Assembly (NCBI RefSeq): GCF_039654945.1
Contig: NW_027361687.1
Coordinates: 5,518,001-5,582,000 of the forward strand
Origin: Dendrobates tinctorius
Lineage: Eukaryota
Direction: 5' to 3'
Length of the DNA stretch: 64,000 nt
Part shown: positions 40,809 to 52,918 of the stretch, piece after piece
How positions within the stretch are numbered: the first letter of the stretch is position 1
Layout: every line of letters begins with the position of its first letter
Notes under the pieces: model-generated
Told to the model about the DNA's origin: nothing
The model's database searches: none
The model's input: only the letters and a program-made list of their open reading frames with translations
Position numbers and translations under genes: made by a program

Positions 40809-42226
40809 CTTTCTTTCTTTCTCTCTGTGTTTCTTTCTTTCTCTGTTCTTTCTTTCTCTCTGTTTCTTTCTCATTCTCTGTTCTGTCTTTCCCTCTCTTT
40901 TTCTTACTCTGTTCTTTCTTTCTCTCTCTAATATTTCTTCTTTCTTTCTTTCTTTCTTTCTTTCTTTTTCTTTCCTCTCTTTCTTTCTTTCTCTCTGTTC
41001 TTTCATTCTTTCTCTCTCTGTTCTTTCTCTGTCTCTCTGTTCTTTCTTTCTTTCCCATCTTTCTTTCTCTCTCTGTTCTTTCTTTCTTCCTTTTTTTCTC
41101 TTTCTTTCTCTTTCTTTCTCTCTCTCTGTTCTTTCTTTCCCCTCTTTCTCTCTATTGCTCTGTTCTTTCTTTTCCCTCTTTCTTTCTTTCTTTCCCTTTT
41201 TTCTTTCTCTCTCTGTTCTTTCTTTCTCCTCTTTCTTTCTTTCGGTCTCCCTCTGTTCGTTTTTCTGTCCCCTTTCTTTCTCTCTCAGTTCTTTCTTTCC
41301 CCTATTTCTCTCTTTCTTTCTTTCTTTCTTTCTTTCTGTCTCTCCGTTCTTTCTTTTTTCTTTCCTCTCTTTCTTTCTATCTTTCTTTCTTTCTCTCTGT
41401 TATTTCCCCTTTCTTTTTCTCTCTGTTCTTTCTTTCCCCCTTCTATCCTTCTCTCTCTCTGTTCTTTTTTTCTATCCTCTCTTTTGTTCTCTCTCTGTTC
41501 TTCCTTTCTTTTTCTCTCTCTGTTCTTGATTTCTATCTGTTCTCTCTTTCCCCTCTTTCTTTCTTTCCCCTCTTTCTTTCTCTCTCTGTTCTTTCTTTCC
41601 CCTCTTTCTTTCACTCTCCCTCTGTTCTTTTTTTCTGTCCCCTTTCTTTCTCTCTATGTTCTTTCCTTCCCCTCTTTCTCTCTCTCTGCTCTTTCTTTTT
41701 TTCTTTCCCCTCTTTCTATCTTTTTTTCTTTCTCTCTGTTTTTTATTTCCCCTTTCTTTTTCTCTCTGTTCTTTCTTTCCCCCTTCTGTTTCTCTCTCTC
41801 TGTTCTTTCTTTCTATCTGTTCTCTCTTTCCCCTCTTACTTTCTTTCCCCTCTTTCTTTCTCTCTGTTGTTTCTTTCTCTTTCTCTCTGTTCTTTTTTTT
41901 GTCCCCTCTTTCTTTCCCTCTGGGTTCTTTCTTCCTTTCTCTTTCTTTCTTTTTCTCTTTTCTTTCTTTATTCCCCCTCTTTATTTTTCTCTGTTCTTTC
42001 TTTCCCTCTTCTTTCTTTCTCTCTCTCTGTTCTTTCTTTCGCTCTCTGCTCTTTCTTTCCCCTCTTTCTTTCTCTCTCTGTTCTTTCTTCTTTCTCTCTC
42101 TGTTCTTTCTTCTCTCTGTTCTTTCTCTCTCGCTCTCCTTTCTTTCTTTCTCTTTCTTTCTTTCTTTCTTTCTTTCTCTCTCTCTGTTTTCTTTTTCGCT
42201 CTCTGTTTTCTCCCTTTTTCTTCCTT
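40809..42226. repeat. ~1.4-kb polypyrimidine/polypurine low-complexity tract
   Basis: Almost exclusively C/T on the + strand (TTTC, TCTC, CTCTGTTC units). Confidence 0.95.
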
Positions 42227-44711
42227 AGTACCAGTCAGTGTGCCCAAAGTACCAGCCACTGTGCCCATAATGCCAGCCACTGTGCCCTCAGTACCAGTCA
42301 GTGTGATCAGCAGTTCTAAATGGGTGCAATTGGGCGTGGGTGTGGGTGACTAGTTGCAAAATGGGTATAGTCGGGGCATGGCCTACAATTTGCAGCGGGC
42401 ACTGCAGCCTTTGTCCCTCTTTTCCTTCTTTTAAAGTTGGTAGGTATGTTAAGACCAACCATATTATAACATATTCAGTGTCAAAAGAAATCTGTTTTTG
42501 CAGCTTATAGCTTCAGAGTTTTCTCACACCAAACACATGATTTCTACTGAAGGGATAGAGCTCTCTATGGTATTAGTTCCATTTTTTAAGAAGAAGTGAG
42601 GGTTAGGGAATCTGAAAGGTCTCCTTTAAATAATCACTTAACTTTGCAGTTGAATAGTTGTTTCACCCTTAGGATGGCATAGTTTCATTTACAATTACAA
42701 TTGCATATTTTTTAACTGGTGAAATAGATACTCTACTGCAAAATCAAACGATTGTTTGTTAAACTCTGCGTCTATGGTTTTAGGATGCATACTTGCTGCA
42801 CCAAAGCCACGATGCAGCTAGTCCGAGTGGCCCAAAGAGTCTCAGTCTACATCACCAAAAATAATCCATTTCTTTACATTGTGTTATGACTACCTTTAAG
42901 GACAGAACACTTCTTACATTGTAACATGATTCATTCAATGGTTGAATCTCAAGAACAGGCTGTATGTCTCAGCTCAGCGCCTGGTATTCTTCCTTCTCCT
43001 TTTCATTAACACTCGAAAACATAAATGAGTCTTTGTGACGTTTATAAAAGAAGAAGGATTAGACATAAAGGTAAAATCATTGCTGCTCACAAATAATCAT
43101 AAGCAGATCTGTCTGAACACATTTAGCCAATTTTAACCATTTACGATAATTTCAGTACAACAGCGTCAAGGTAGATTTGTTTCAAGATGGTAAATTTTCT
43201 ACTGAACCTTGACAGTTCATGTTAGTTCACAGTTTTGCTGCTTTCAACACCTCAAAGAGCTTTTTTGACACAATTAACTTTTTTTGAGCAACTAAAATAA
43301 AGGTAGGGACACTGGTTACACTCCTCAGAATTGAAACTGCAGCACCAAGAAGGAAAAGGCTTGGAATTATGGAAGTCACTAGATAGACAGAATAATAATG
43401 ATAAAAAATATTGAAGCAACGTTTTGAAAACAACTCAGTCTTTTTAGGATCACGTGCAGAATATATACAGACTTACATGCCTTGGCATGCTATCAAAGAA
43501 GATCCCAATGAAGAATGTTGTGCAAAGCTGAAAGCGCTTGGGCATGAAAATCAAGATCAGCTGATGCAGCTACTGTGCAATTTCCAACCAAAGAAGTCCC
43601 AGATGTGCTTGTTAGAAATTCGGAAACACCATGGTCATATGATTAGGCCGCTCACAGTACCAAGAGCAGCATGTAGCTAGGTTTTGTCATGTTGAAAAAT
43701 GACTCCTGGGAACCTTTGGAGAAATGATTGTATCACTGATTCCATGACCATATCAATGTAACAGCGAGCTGTTAATGTACCGGGAGTGAAGACTAGAGGG
43801 GTCCGGCTACCATACATTATGCTAGCTCACACCATAATCCTAGGAAAAGGACAGGAGTGATGTTTCTTTTTGGAGACCTCTTCATGACCTCATGCCAGTG
43901 GTCTCAAAGGCTATTATAGCGCAGAGTAATACGGCAATAGAGGCTGGAATGGAGTTCCATCCATTCAGCAATGAGTCTCACTTTTATCTTGGGTGAAATG
44001 ATAGCTGGGGATGGGACGTTGATGAGAACATGTGAGGAACACACTTAAAGAGGTTTTCATGAGGGAACATCACAATCACACCAGTCCTGCTGAGATTATG
44101 CTTTGGTTTTGCATAAAGTATGGTAGCCAGACCCCTACAACTTCATGACAGGTACACTAACGGCTCATCTTCACATTAATTTGATCAAGGAAAAAGTGAT
44201 ATGGCCATTTTTCCCAAGTTTCCAAAGACCCGACAATGCCAGTTTGCATGTTGCTTGGGCTACTCCGAGGAGCCTGTGTAGTGTAAATGTGCTACCTTGG
44301 CCTGTAGAAGTTCTGGACTTTACTCCAATGAAGTACATCAGGAGCATCCGTTGTCGACAATTGCAAAAGGAGCTGCCAGCAGTGGATTTTGATAATTTCT
44401 GTAATCAAGTGCATTCAAGGTGGAAGAAGATTCCTCAGACAACCAGTCGGAAGCTCAATCATAGCAACCAAGACTGCATGTACTAATATATAAATATCAT
44501 TTGGAAATGTTTCATCATCTACATATTATTAACATGTGTGTCTATCCTATGATTTCCATTATTCTATGACTTTTATACCTTGATGTTAATTATGCAAATT
44601 GTCTCTTCAGAGAGGAAGAGGACTAGAACTCTAGTGCCACCTATAGGAAGTAGCAATCCTAAAAGCCAATGTCGATCCTTTAACGAGCCTTCTTACATGA
44701 CTTAGGATAAA

Positions 44712-44749
44712 AGCCAAGCCAGAATCTCAATTTGCAGACACTGTGTTTC
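44712..44749 (-). ncRNA. Type I hammerhead ribozyme, 3' half (GAAA, helix III, GUC cleavage triplet, 3' strand of helix I)
   Basis: Minus strand GAAACACAGTGTC^TGCAAATTGAGATTCTGGCTTGGCT; predicted cleavage between 44737 and 44736. Confidence 0.8.
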
Positions 44750-45021
44750 TTTTTTTTTTTTTAAACCCATTCAGGTTAGTGATAAACAACTCAATATAAG
44801 CTCATCAACTTAAAAGTTGTTGTTTCAACTCTCATCATCATGGTTCATATTTATTTTAGTATAGCAAACCAAGGGTATACACAAAAAACATCCTAAACAT
44901 CAATAAACATAACTAAAATTCACTGATATTTGATCAGGTGCTTCCATTTTTTAAATTTCCAGACACCCTCTGCATCAGAACCACCACCGCCTTCGCTGTC
45001 TAATTTATAAATCAAGTATAA

Positions 45022-47400
45022 CCCCTTAGCAACAGAGCCAATTTGCAGCTTAATGACCAGGCCAATTTTTACAATTCTGACCACTGTCCCTTTATGAGAT
45101 TATAACTCTGGAACGCTTTAATGGATCCCGCTGATCCTGAGAATGTTATTCGTGACATATTGTACTTCATGTTAGTGGTAAAATTTCTGCGATAAGTCTT
45201 GTGTTTATTTATGAAAAAAATGGAAATATGGCGAAAATTTTGAAAATTTTGCAATTTTAAAACTTTAAATTTTTATGCCCTTAAATCAGAGAGATGTGTC
45301 ACAAAAATTTCTTAATAAATAACATTTCCCACATGTCTACTTTACATCACCACAATTTTGGAAGCAAAATTTTTTTTTGTTAGGAAGTTATAAGGGTTAA
45401 AAGTTGACCAGCGATTTCTCATTTTTACAACAAAATTGACAAAACCATTTTTTTAAGGGACCACATCATATTTAAAGTCATTTAGAGGGGTGTACATGAC
45501 AGAAAATACCCAAAAGTGGCAACATTCTAAAAACTAGACCCCTCAAAGTGCTCAAAACCTCATTCAAGAAGTTTGTTAACCCTTTAAGTGCTTCACAGGA
45601 ACTAAAGCAATGTGGAAGGAAAAAATTAACATTTAACTTTTTCTTTTTGCAAAAAATTTACTTCAGAACCAATTTTTTTTATTTTCACAAGTGTTAAAAG
45701 AGAAAATCAACCACAAAATTTGTTGTACAATTTCTCCTGAATACGCCGATACCCCATATGTGGGGGTAAACCACTTTTTCAGCACACGGCAGAGCTCGCA
45801 AGGGATGGAGCGCCGTTTTACTTTTTCAACGCAGAATTGGCTGGAATTGAGATCGGATGCCATGTTGCGTTCGGAGAGCCCTTAATGTGCCTAAACAGTG
45901 GAAACCTCCAACAACTGACCCCATTTTGGAAACTAGACCCATTAAGGAACTTATCTAGATGTGTGGTGAGCACTTTGAACCTTCAAGTGCTTCACAGAAG
46001 TTTATAATGTTGAGCCGTGAAAATAAAAAATCAATTTTTTTTCCACAAAATGATGTTTTCGCCCCCAAATTTTTATTTTTACAAGGGTAGCAGGAGAAAT
46101 CATACCCCTGCAGTTGTTGTGCATTTTGTCCTGATTATGCTGATACCCCATATGTGGGGGGGAACCACTGTTTGGGCGCATGGGAGAGCTCGGAAGGGAA
46201 GGAGTGCCATTTTGGAATGCAGACTTTGATGGAATGGTCTGCAGGCTTCATGTTGCATTTGCAGAGCCCCTGATGGGCCTAAACAGTGGAAACCCCCCAC
46301 AAGTGACCCCATTTTGGAAATTAGACCCCCTAAGGAACTTATCTAGATGTGTGGTGAGCACTTTGAACCCCCAAGCGCTTCACAGAAGTTTATAAATGCA
46401 GAGCCGTGAAAATAAAAAGTCTTTTTTATTTCCACAAAAGTGATTTTTTTAGACCCAATTTTTAGACCCCCCAAGTTGGTAAATAGTGGAAACCCCTAAA
46501 TTCTTGCTCCAACCCTAACCCCAACACACCCCTAACCCTAATCCCAACCCTAACCTTAATCCCAACCCTAGTCCCTAATCCTAATTCTAACCCTAATCCT
46601 AGTTCACCCTAACCCTAATTCTAACCATAGCCCTAACCCGAGCCCTAACCCTAGCTCTAGCCCTAACCCTAGTCCAACCCTAACCCTAACTCTAACCCTT
46701 GCCCAACCCTAACCCTAGCACAACCCTAACCCTAGCCCTAACCCTAGCCCAACCCTAACCCTAGCCCAACCCTAACCCTAGCCCTAGCCCTAACCCTAAC
46801 CCTAATGGAAAACTGAAAAAAAAATTATTTTCTTTATTTCGTTATGTAGTCCTAACTAAGGGAGTGATAAACAGGGGGATTATGTACTATTTTGTTTATT
46901 TTGATCACGATGATAGTTTATCATCGTGATAAAAATGAATGAATGGAATCTGCCAGCCGGAGCCTGCAGCTTCCTGGCGGGCGCACTGCGCATGCACCCG
47001 CCATTCTCTTCCGATCCATGATGGCGGCGCTCACCGGAGGACGTCGGCGGGACGCAGGACCACCGGGAGGGGACAGAGGACCACGGAGAGGTACCGGGGG
47101 GATCGGGGACCCTCTTTCTCTCTCCTCTGATGTGCGATCACGTAAGAGGAAAGAGAAATTTAATGCACAATCGTGGCTTCTTTTTTTTGCGGTCGCAATT
47201 ATAGGGTTAATAACTGCGATCGCAAACGCGTGGTCGGTAAAAAACGACTGATTCATGTTCTCTGGGGTCTCGGCTGCCCCTGAAAATCTGACACTGGGGG
47301 GCGCTATTCACTTTCTCCACAGCGCTGTTAATTAGCGGCGCTGTGGTTTTAGTACCCTTAATTACCGCCGTTAAAAGACGTATCGACGGTCGCTAAGGGG
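45022..47400. mobile_element. piggyBac-like non-autonomous element (2379 bp) carrying telomere-like repeats
   Basis: Termini CCCCTTAGC...GCTAAGGGG at an ATAA (TTAA-like) site; removing it approximately restores Tx1 ORF2 (ILSK-L-YLIYK); internal ~410-bp duplications. Confidence 0.8.
46512..46805. repeat. Degenerate (CCCTAA)n interstitial telomere-like repeat
   Basis: Tandem CCCTAA, CCCTAG and CCCAA variants. Confidence 0.9.
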
Positions 47401-49302
47401 AAATTTAGAAAGGATCAGCCCGACACACTTATTCACAGACACATGCTACTCTTTGAAAATTCCTAAATTCCTCACATCCCACAAACTCTGCATCACACAA
47501 GTCATAATTAACCATAAGATTCTATTCTTCTATTTTTCACACGCCCACATGCACCAATTCCAAACATCGCAACATGCCAGTCAATAAAACTCACACCCGC
47601 TAACTCCTTACACAACCCACCTACACACTTCCACACACTGCACGCATAATCACAGTTCCGCATAGTATGCCACACAGTCTCACATCCACCACATCCTTCT
47701 CTCGGGCACACATCAGTTCTGGTCAGACCTCATCTCTTCTGAACCTATCGCACAAGCAAAATATTGTGCAAGGACATCCATACAATATTGTCTATTAGAC
47801 ATCCCGTGCGTTCCCAAACTCTTCCATGCAACCGAAACTTCATTCCCTCTCAAACCCACAATATTACATTCCACATCATTCTTAGGTATTATTTTCATCA
47901 CATTCTTAGCCATTCTAAAATCATTCATCGGTACACTCCGCAAATCATGCTTCCTCACAAACTTCTCAATCACTTCATACCAGACCGGACACTTGAAAGC
48001 AACAGGCACTCTAGTATCCCTCTTTCTCCAACATAAGCCATATAACATCCAACCAGCAGAATAACTTGCCATATACCCTCCCTTATTTCCATTATTCAGC
48101 AAAATAACAATAGTCTTGATGTACTGAAGCCCCAGAAAAATCTCAATGTTTGGAAAGGCCATGCCACCATGGTGACATGCCTTGAAAAGACTCTCTCTCT
48201 TAAGTTTCTCTATTTTACTGCTCCAGAAAAAAGTAAAAACTAACTTTTCCACTCTTTTTATTTTCCTACATGATAGTGGAAAAACTGTTGCAATAAAAAG
48301 CAAAATCGGAAGAATCACCGCTTTTATGACCAAAATCTTACCACTCAAGGTCAAGTCTCTCAGTCGCCAAAAATTTAACTTACGCTCTATGCGCAATCCA
48401 CACTCCTCCCAGCTCTCCTTACCTTCCAAGTCCTTATTAAATAATACTCCCAGCACTTTGATAGCACCCTCCTCACACTTTACCCCCTCCATTTTAACCC
48501 TGTCATCCCCAAAACATTTAAACTACATTTATTCCAATTCACTCTAAAGCCAGATGCACCACAGAAAAAATCCAGAGGAGACTTAACCCTACTCATAGAC
48601 GTAACACTTCCACTCACAGCCACAATATCATCCATATATCCAAGAACTTTCACATGCTTCCCACCACTCCCAGGTACCAACAAACCTCGCATCATTTTAT
48701 CACGTCTCACCAAGCACCACAGAGGTTCAATCACACACACAAACAAAACAGGGGACATGGGACACCCCTGCCTTACACCAGACTTAATATTCACTTTCTC
48801 ACTCAACCACCCATTAACAAGATACTCACTTGACACACAATCATACAAAGACATTATCCCAGTCACAAATTTTTGAGGAAATCCCATTCTATCCAGAACT
48901 TTAAACAAAAACACATGCGAGACCCTATCAAACGCTTTCTCAAAATCATTTGACAGAACCATACACTTCCGTTTCCTTCCCATGCAGTCTCCAATCAAAT
49001 CCCTTAATAACAATAAGTTATCACTCATACTTCTTCCAGGCACAGCACACACTTGAGCCTCATCCACAACACTACCAATCACCTCACGCATGCGATTCGC
49101 CAACAATTTGCTATAGATTTTGTAATCTGCGTTCAGCAATGTTATGGGTCTCCAATTCTCTAAACACTTTCTCTCACCTTTCTTATGCACAAGCACAACC
49201 ACCCCCTCTTTCATTGATTCACACAACTTACCACTCTCCCACATATACTTACATATCTCAGTCAAATCAGCACCCAGAAAATCCAACGCAAGGACACAGG
49301 AC

Positions 49303-50418
49303 AGAGGTTGAGTCAACTTTAATCCATGTCAACTGGCTGCAAGTGTGATTTAGTTATTGCCAACACCTGTTAGGTGCCACAGGTAAGTTACAGGTGCTGT
49401 TAATTACACAAATTAGAGAAGCATCACATGATTTTTCGAACAGTGCCAATACTTTTGTCCACCCTCTTTTTTATGTTTGGTGTGGAATTATATCCAATTT
49501 GTGTTTTTTCATTTAAGACAAATTAAATGAAGATAATACCAAAGAATTTATGTTTGCAATCATTTTCAGGAAGAAACTGTTAGGAATCTGGGTCATTCTA
49601 TGCATATGCAGCAACCCAGATTCTCACATTTGTCTCCAGAGGCTAAGTCCTTTTTCCCTGCTTCTGAGCATGCTCACGGGACTAGCTCTCATTGAAGTCC
49701 AGGAGTCAGGTGCTCAGGTCCTGCTCCTGATTTGATTGGTTATGCTCGGGGCTCTGGAGATTTCCGGCAGGTCCCGTACGCTATAAAAAGTGCGCATGGC
49801 CGCTATGCCATGCGCTAGTATTTTCCATACTTGCTGCTGTGTGTTTGGTGATGGATGCTTGGACTGGTGAATGACTTATTAAGAAACCCCTTCCCTCTGA
49901 TAATACGAATGTGTGAGTGATTGGGATACAGCCAGTGTGCGCGCTAGCGCCAGCGCGCTCAATCTCCACCTTTTAAAGCAGCCTGCATCTTGCATTGCAC
50001 CTGCTAATTGCTCTTGCAGACGTTTTGGGCGTCCGCAGTTGCGACGCCGTGCACACGTCCAGTCACGGTAAGTCCAATTGGTGGTAGTGACGTCTCTAAC
50101 TACCCCAGTCTCTGGCTACCGCACGTGTGCCGCTGATTATCTGTGCGGTATATACAGACTCAGCATTTTTGTGTTTGTGTTCTTGTGAGCAGCTCTGTGA
50201 GTTCCAACAGAGCTTGCTTTTGTGCATCAGGTGCAGTCCTTCCTTGTGCACATTACCGTCCTGGTGCTCTGCCTTTTCAGTAGCGGTTATTACATCTGCC
50301 GCACGGTGGACCCCGAGCGGCGAACACGCTTTATTTATTTTTTTTAAGCGTGTTCCGCCGCCGTACAGAGTATTATCTGACAGAATTGCAGGGGTGTCAA
50401 TACTTTTGACCACAACTG
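49303..50418. mobile_element. One-ended Tc1-type fragment within Tx1 ORF2
   Basis: Terminus GGGGTGTCAATACTTTTGACCACAACTG and inner repeat GTGCCAATACTTTTGTCCAC; adjacent ORF2 sequence appears deleted. Confidence 0.7.
49578..50367 (+). mobile_element. Solo LTR nested in the Tc1 fragment
   Basis: TGTTAGG start; shares GCATGGCCGCT..GCCATGCGCTAGTA and GCACGGTGGACCCCG motifs with the reverse complement of 14854-15825; TSD not evident. Confidence 0.7.
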
Positions 50419-51517
50419 CATTTTGGTGCGATAGTTGATTTCTTTCCCTTTTTCATCCATAACACGCTTTAATTCACTCTTTGTCTCAGCCAGCAGATCA
50501 GACACATCCATCCCACTTTCTCCACACTTCCTTAACCAGTCTAAGCGCCTGTTTAAATCATTAAATCTACTCCAATAAATTGCAGCTTTTTTATAGTCCC
50601 ATTTTTTGAAGGATTTTTTGCAACACACCTTAACCCAGTCCCACCATTCCAGCACACATGGAAAATCCCTCTTACATACTCTCCACTCTTTATACTTTAT
50701 TTTTAGTTCATTCATCACATCCTCATCTTCTAACAATCTTACATTCAGCTTCCAAACCCCACCCCCATACACACGGTCATCAATCGCACTAAACACACCT
50801 CTCAAACACTCATGATCAGAAAAAGGTACAGCACTTTGTTCAAAATTCATACACAACATATTTTTGGAAAACAACTTTTTATCTATCCTGGATGCAATAC
50901 CACCCCTATCAGCATGGTACATTGGTGGTGGTGGGATGCCAAATTTCAGAGCAAGCATCTAGAAGGGAAAAATCAGAAATAAGATTGGATAACTTTTTAC
51001 CAGTTATGTCAGAATTCCCTTCTGTGATGCAATTAAAGTCTCCATCTAAAACTGTAGGCATTTTGCCCGGAAGAAGCAAACTTAATTTTTCCAAAAGAGC
51101 CAGACACTCCTTTTTCCTGTCGTGTCCTGATGGATAGTACACATTAATAATTCTAGCCCGCCACCCCCTATAGCTAACATGTGCAATTATACATCTGCCC
51201 ACCTCTACCACCGTGTAGCTATCTAAACTAATCTCCCTGTTACCCATTAATATCCCTACACATCATTCCTATTAACACATGAGCCAGACCATACATGATG
51301 TCCATAAGGCCGATCCTTATCGCTTGGAGCATCCACAATCCCACATTCCTAAAGACAAAAGATTTGAGCGTTCATCTGTTTAATATAATCTAGAATGATT
51401 GCCCTCCTGAATTTGGATCTAATTTGCTTGACATTCAGGGACGCAATGCCCCATCCAGCTTGGGGAGCCATAACATAACTGTGTTATTTACATGACGACA
51501 AACACGCCACTTCATCT

Positions 51518-52786
51518 TCAGCCGTTTTCGTCTTCCATCTGGAACTGCAACTCCTCGAATCTGTTTACATCTGTGGGAATGCCTAAGAAAGCATTGGTGT
51601 CAGGAGAGAAAACACTCTGAGGGTAACTATGTTCACTCACTGGACTTAAACCAACTTCACCGGGGCCTGCCCAATCCGTTCTGGGCTTCTTACAGGAAGT
51701 TCTAGGCTCCTCATCCTCAGAAGACCTCGCAAGAGTGAAGTCACCTTTATCTCCACAACTGGCCAACTCCTCCTCAGTAGCAAACCAAGATACACTGGGG
51801 GGATTGTCACGAATACTCTCCAACTCCCCCTCCCCACAGACATCAGACTGATGAGGGAGCTCACATTCAACATCAGCAACTTCCAAAACTGCCACCTCTG
51901 GGCTGAGAGACTCCGTTTGGGGCAGGGCCTCCTCATGTGCATCCATGATTTCAGGTTCCTCAATAAGATCCAGGTCTGAAACCTGTGGAATGTCAACAAC
52001 AGCAGCAGGGGGCGCAGCTGCCCCACCTGAGACCTCAGCGTAAGACTTAGGACTGATCCTGACCTTACAGTCCCGATACTTATGGCCCTCCTCACCACAA
52101 GCATTACACATAACAGGATTTGTGCAGTCTTTTGTCATATGGCCAGAAGCATAAAAATTAATGCAAGTTAGCATCTCCTTGCAACTATCCTGGGTATGCC
52201 CAAAATTTTTACACCTCCTGCAATAAATCGGGGCATCTGGAAAGAACAATAAACCACTATTTTTCCCAATTGAAAAATTAAGAGGGGGGTAATGGATGCC
52301 TCCTGGGCCTTGGGGATCCATCCCAAATCTCACAAAAAAATTGTACTTTCCGGTCCAGAGCCCTTCTCCATTCAGTACCCTGTGGGAGTACTGAACATAA
52401 ATGCAATGTCTTTTCAAAAATAAAGCAATGTCCTCCAGGGAAACAAAAGGGTTGAGCATGAAAACTACAAGTGGGATATCTCCCTTAGAGTACAGCACAG
52501 TAAAGGTAAGACCTTCCAGCAAAGGATTTGCAACTCCTTTTTTCAGGGCAGTAAACAAATTCTGGCAATCTGCCATAGAAGATAGCACCAGTACATACCT
52601 GCCTTCTCTCCTAAACTCCTGCAGGCATATTATATCGGACTTCCGAATCTTCAGGATGTCATAAAACACCATGTTGACCAAATATCCCAGGGAAAAATGC
52701 AACTTCTTATCTTCAGCGATGTCAATCCTGGATCCATTTTTGACCCGGCTATCACCGGTCCCAGAGAATTGAAGTCGGACTCCCAT
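51518..52786 (-). CDS. Tx1 ORF1 nucleic-acid-binding protein with CCHC zinc knuckles (ZCCHC3-like family)
   Basis: Uninterrupted ORF from ATG 52786 (MGVRLQF); CRRCKNFGHTQDSC, a degenerate middle knuckle, and CNACGEEGHKYRDC; acidic tail. Confidence 0.85.
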   Translation of the reverse strand: MGVRLQFSGTGDSRVKNGSRIDIAEDKKLHFSLGYLVNMVFYDILKIRKSDIICLQEFRREGRYVLVLSSMADCQNLFTALKKGVANPLLEGLTFTVLYSKGDIPLVVFMLNPFVSLEDIALFLKRHCIYVQYSHRVLNGEGLWTGKYNFFVRFGMDPQGPGGIHYPPLNFSIGKNSGLLFFPDAPIYCRRCKNFGHTQDSCKEMLTCINFYASGHMTKDCTNPVMCNACGEEGHKYRDCKVRISPKSYAEVSGGAAAPPAAVVDIPQVSDLDLIEEPEIMDAHEEALPQTESLSPEVAVLEVADVECELPHQSDVCGEGELESIRDNPPSVSWFATEEELASCGDKGDFTLARSSEDEEPRTSCKKPRTDWAGPGEVGLSPVSEHSYPQSVFSPDTNAFLGIPTDVNRFEELQFQMEDENG

Positions 52787-52918
52787 TGTCCACAACTCCA
52801 AGGATCTCCTCCCCGAAACCTTCTGGCTATCTCCCAAAAGCAGCAACCGGCTTAAGCCACCGAAGTGGCGATGCCGGAAGGCCAAGAGACAGCACTCAAG
52901 TATTCAGGAAACTTTGCA

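Larger units (their letters stand above)
39369..42448. mobile_element. Non-autonomous DNA transposon (hAT-like, CATA termini) carrying minisatellites
   Basis: Termini CATAGCTCCCAAC / GTTGGTAGGTATG flanked by duplicated TTAAGAC(C). Confidence 0.7.
44920..51471 (-). pseudogene. Tx1 ORF2 (APE endonuclease, reverse transcriptase, C-terminal Cys motif), disrupted
   Basis: IASLNV, GDFNC, SRID, PFSDH, GGVWKLNVRLL, NWRPITLLNADYKI, DFEKAFDRVSH, GVRQGCPMSP, YMDD, CPREGCGGCETVWH; the C-terminus YLIYKLD...WKHLIKYQ* continues beyond the 45022-47400 insertion. Confidence 0.9.
44750..52918 (-). mobile_element. Tx1/L1-clade non-LTR retrotransposon, near full length, with nested insertions
   Basis: ~130-nt 5' UTR, CCHC-knuckle ORF1, APE-RT ORF2, ~160-nt 3' UTR and A13 tail (T-run 44750-44762). 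Confidence 0.9.

Noticed and set aside
41155-42353. Phe/Leu/Ser-rich membrane-like and Lys/Arg/Glu-rich ORFs
   Set aside because: Artefacts of the C/T low-complexity tract.
46512-46805. True telomere or chromosome-fusion scar
   Set aside because: Degenerate, single orientation, and enclosed within a transposon.
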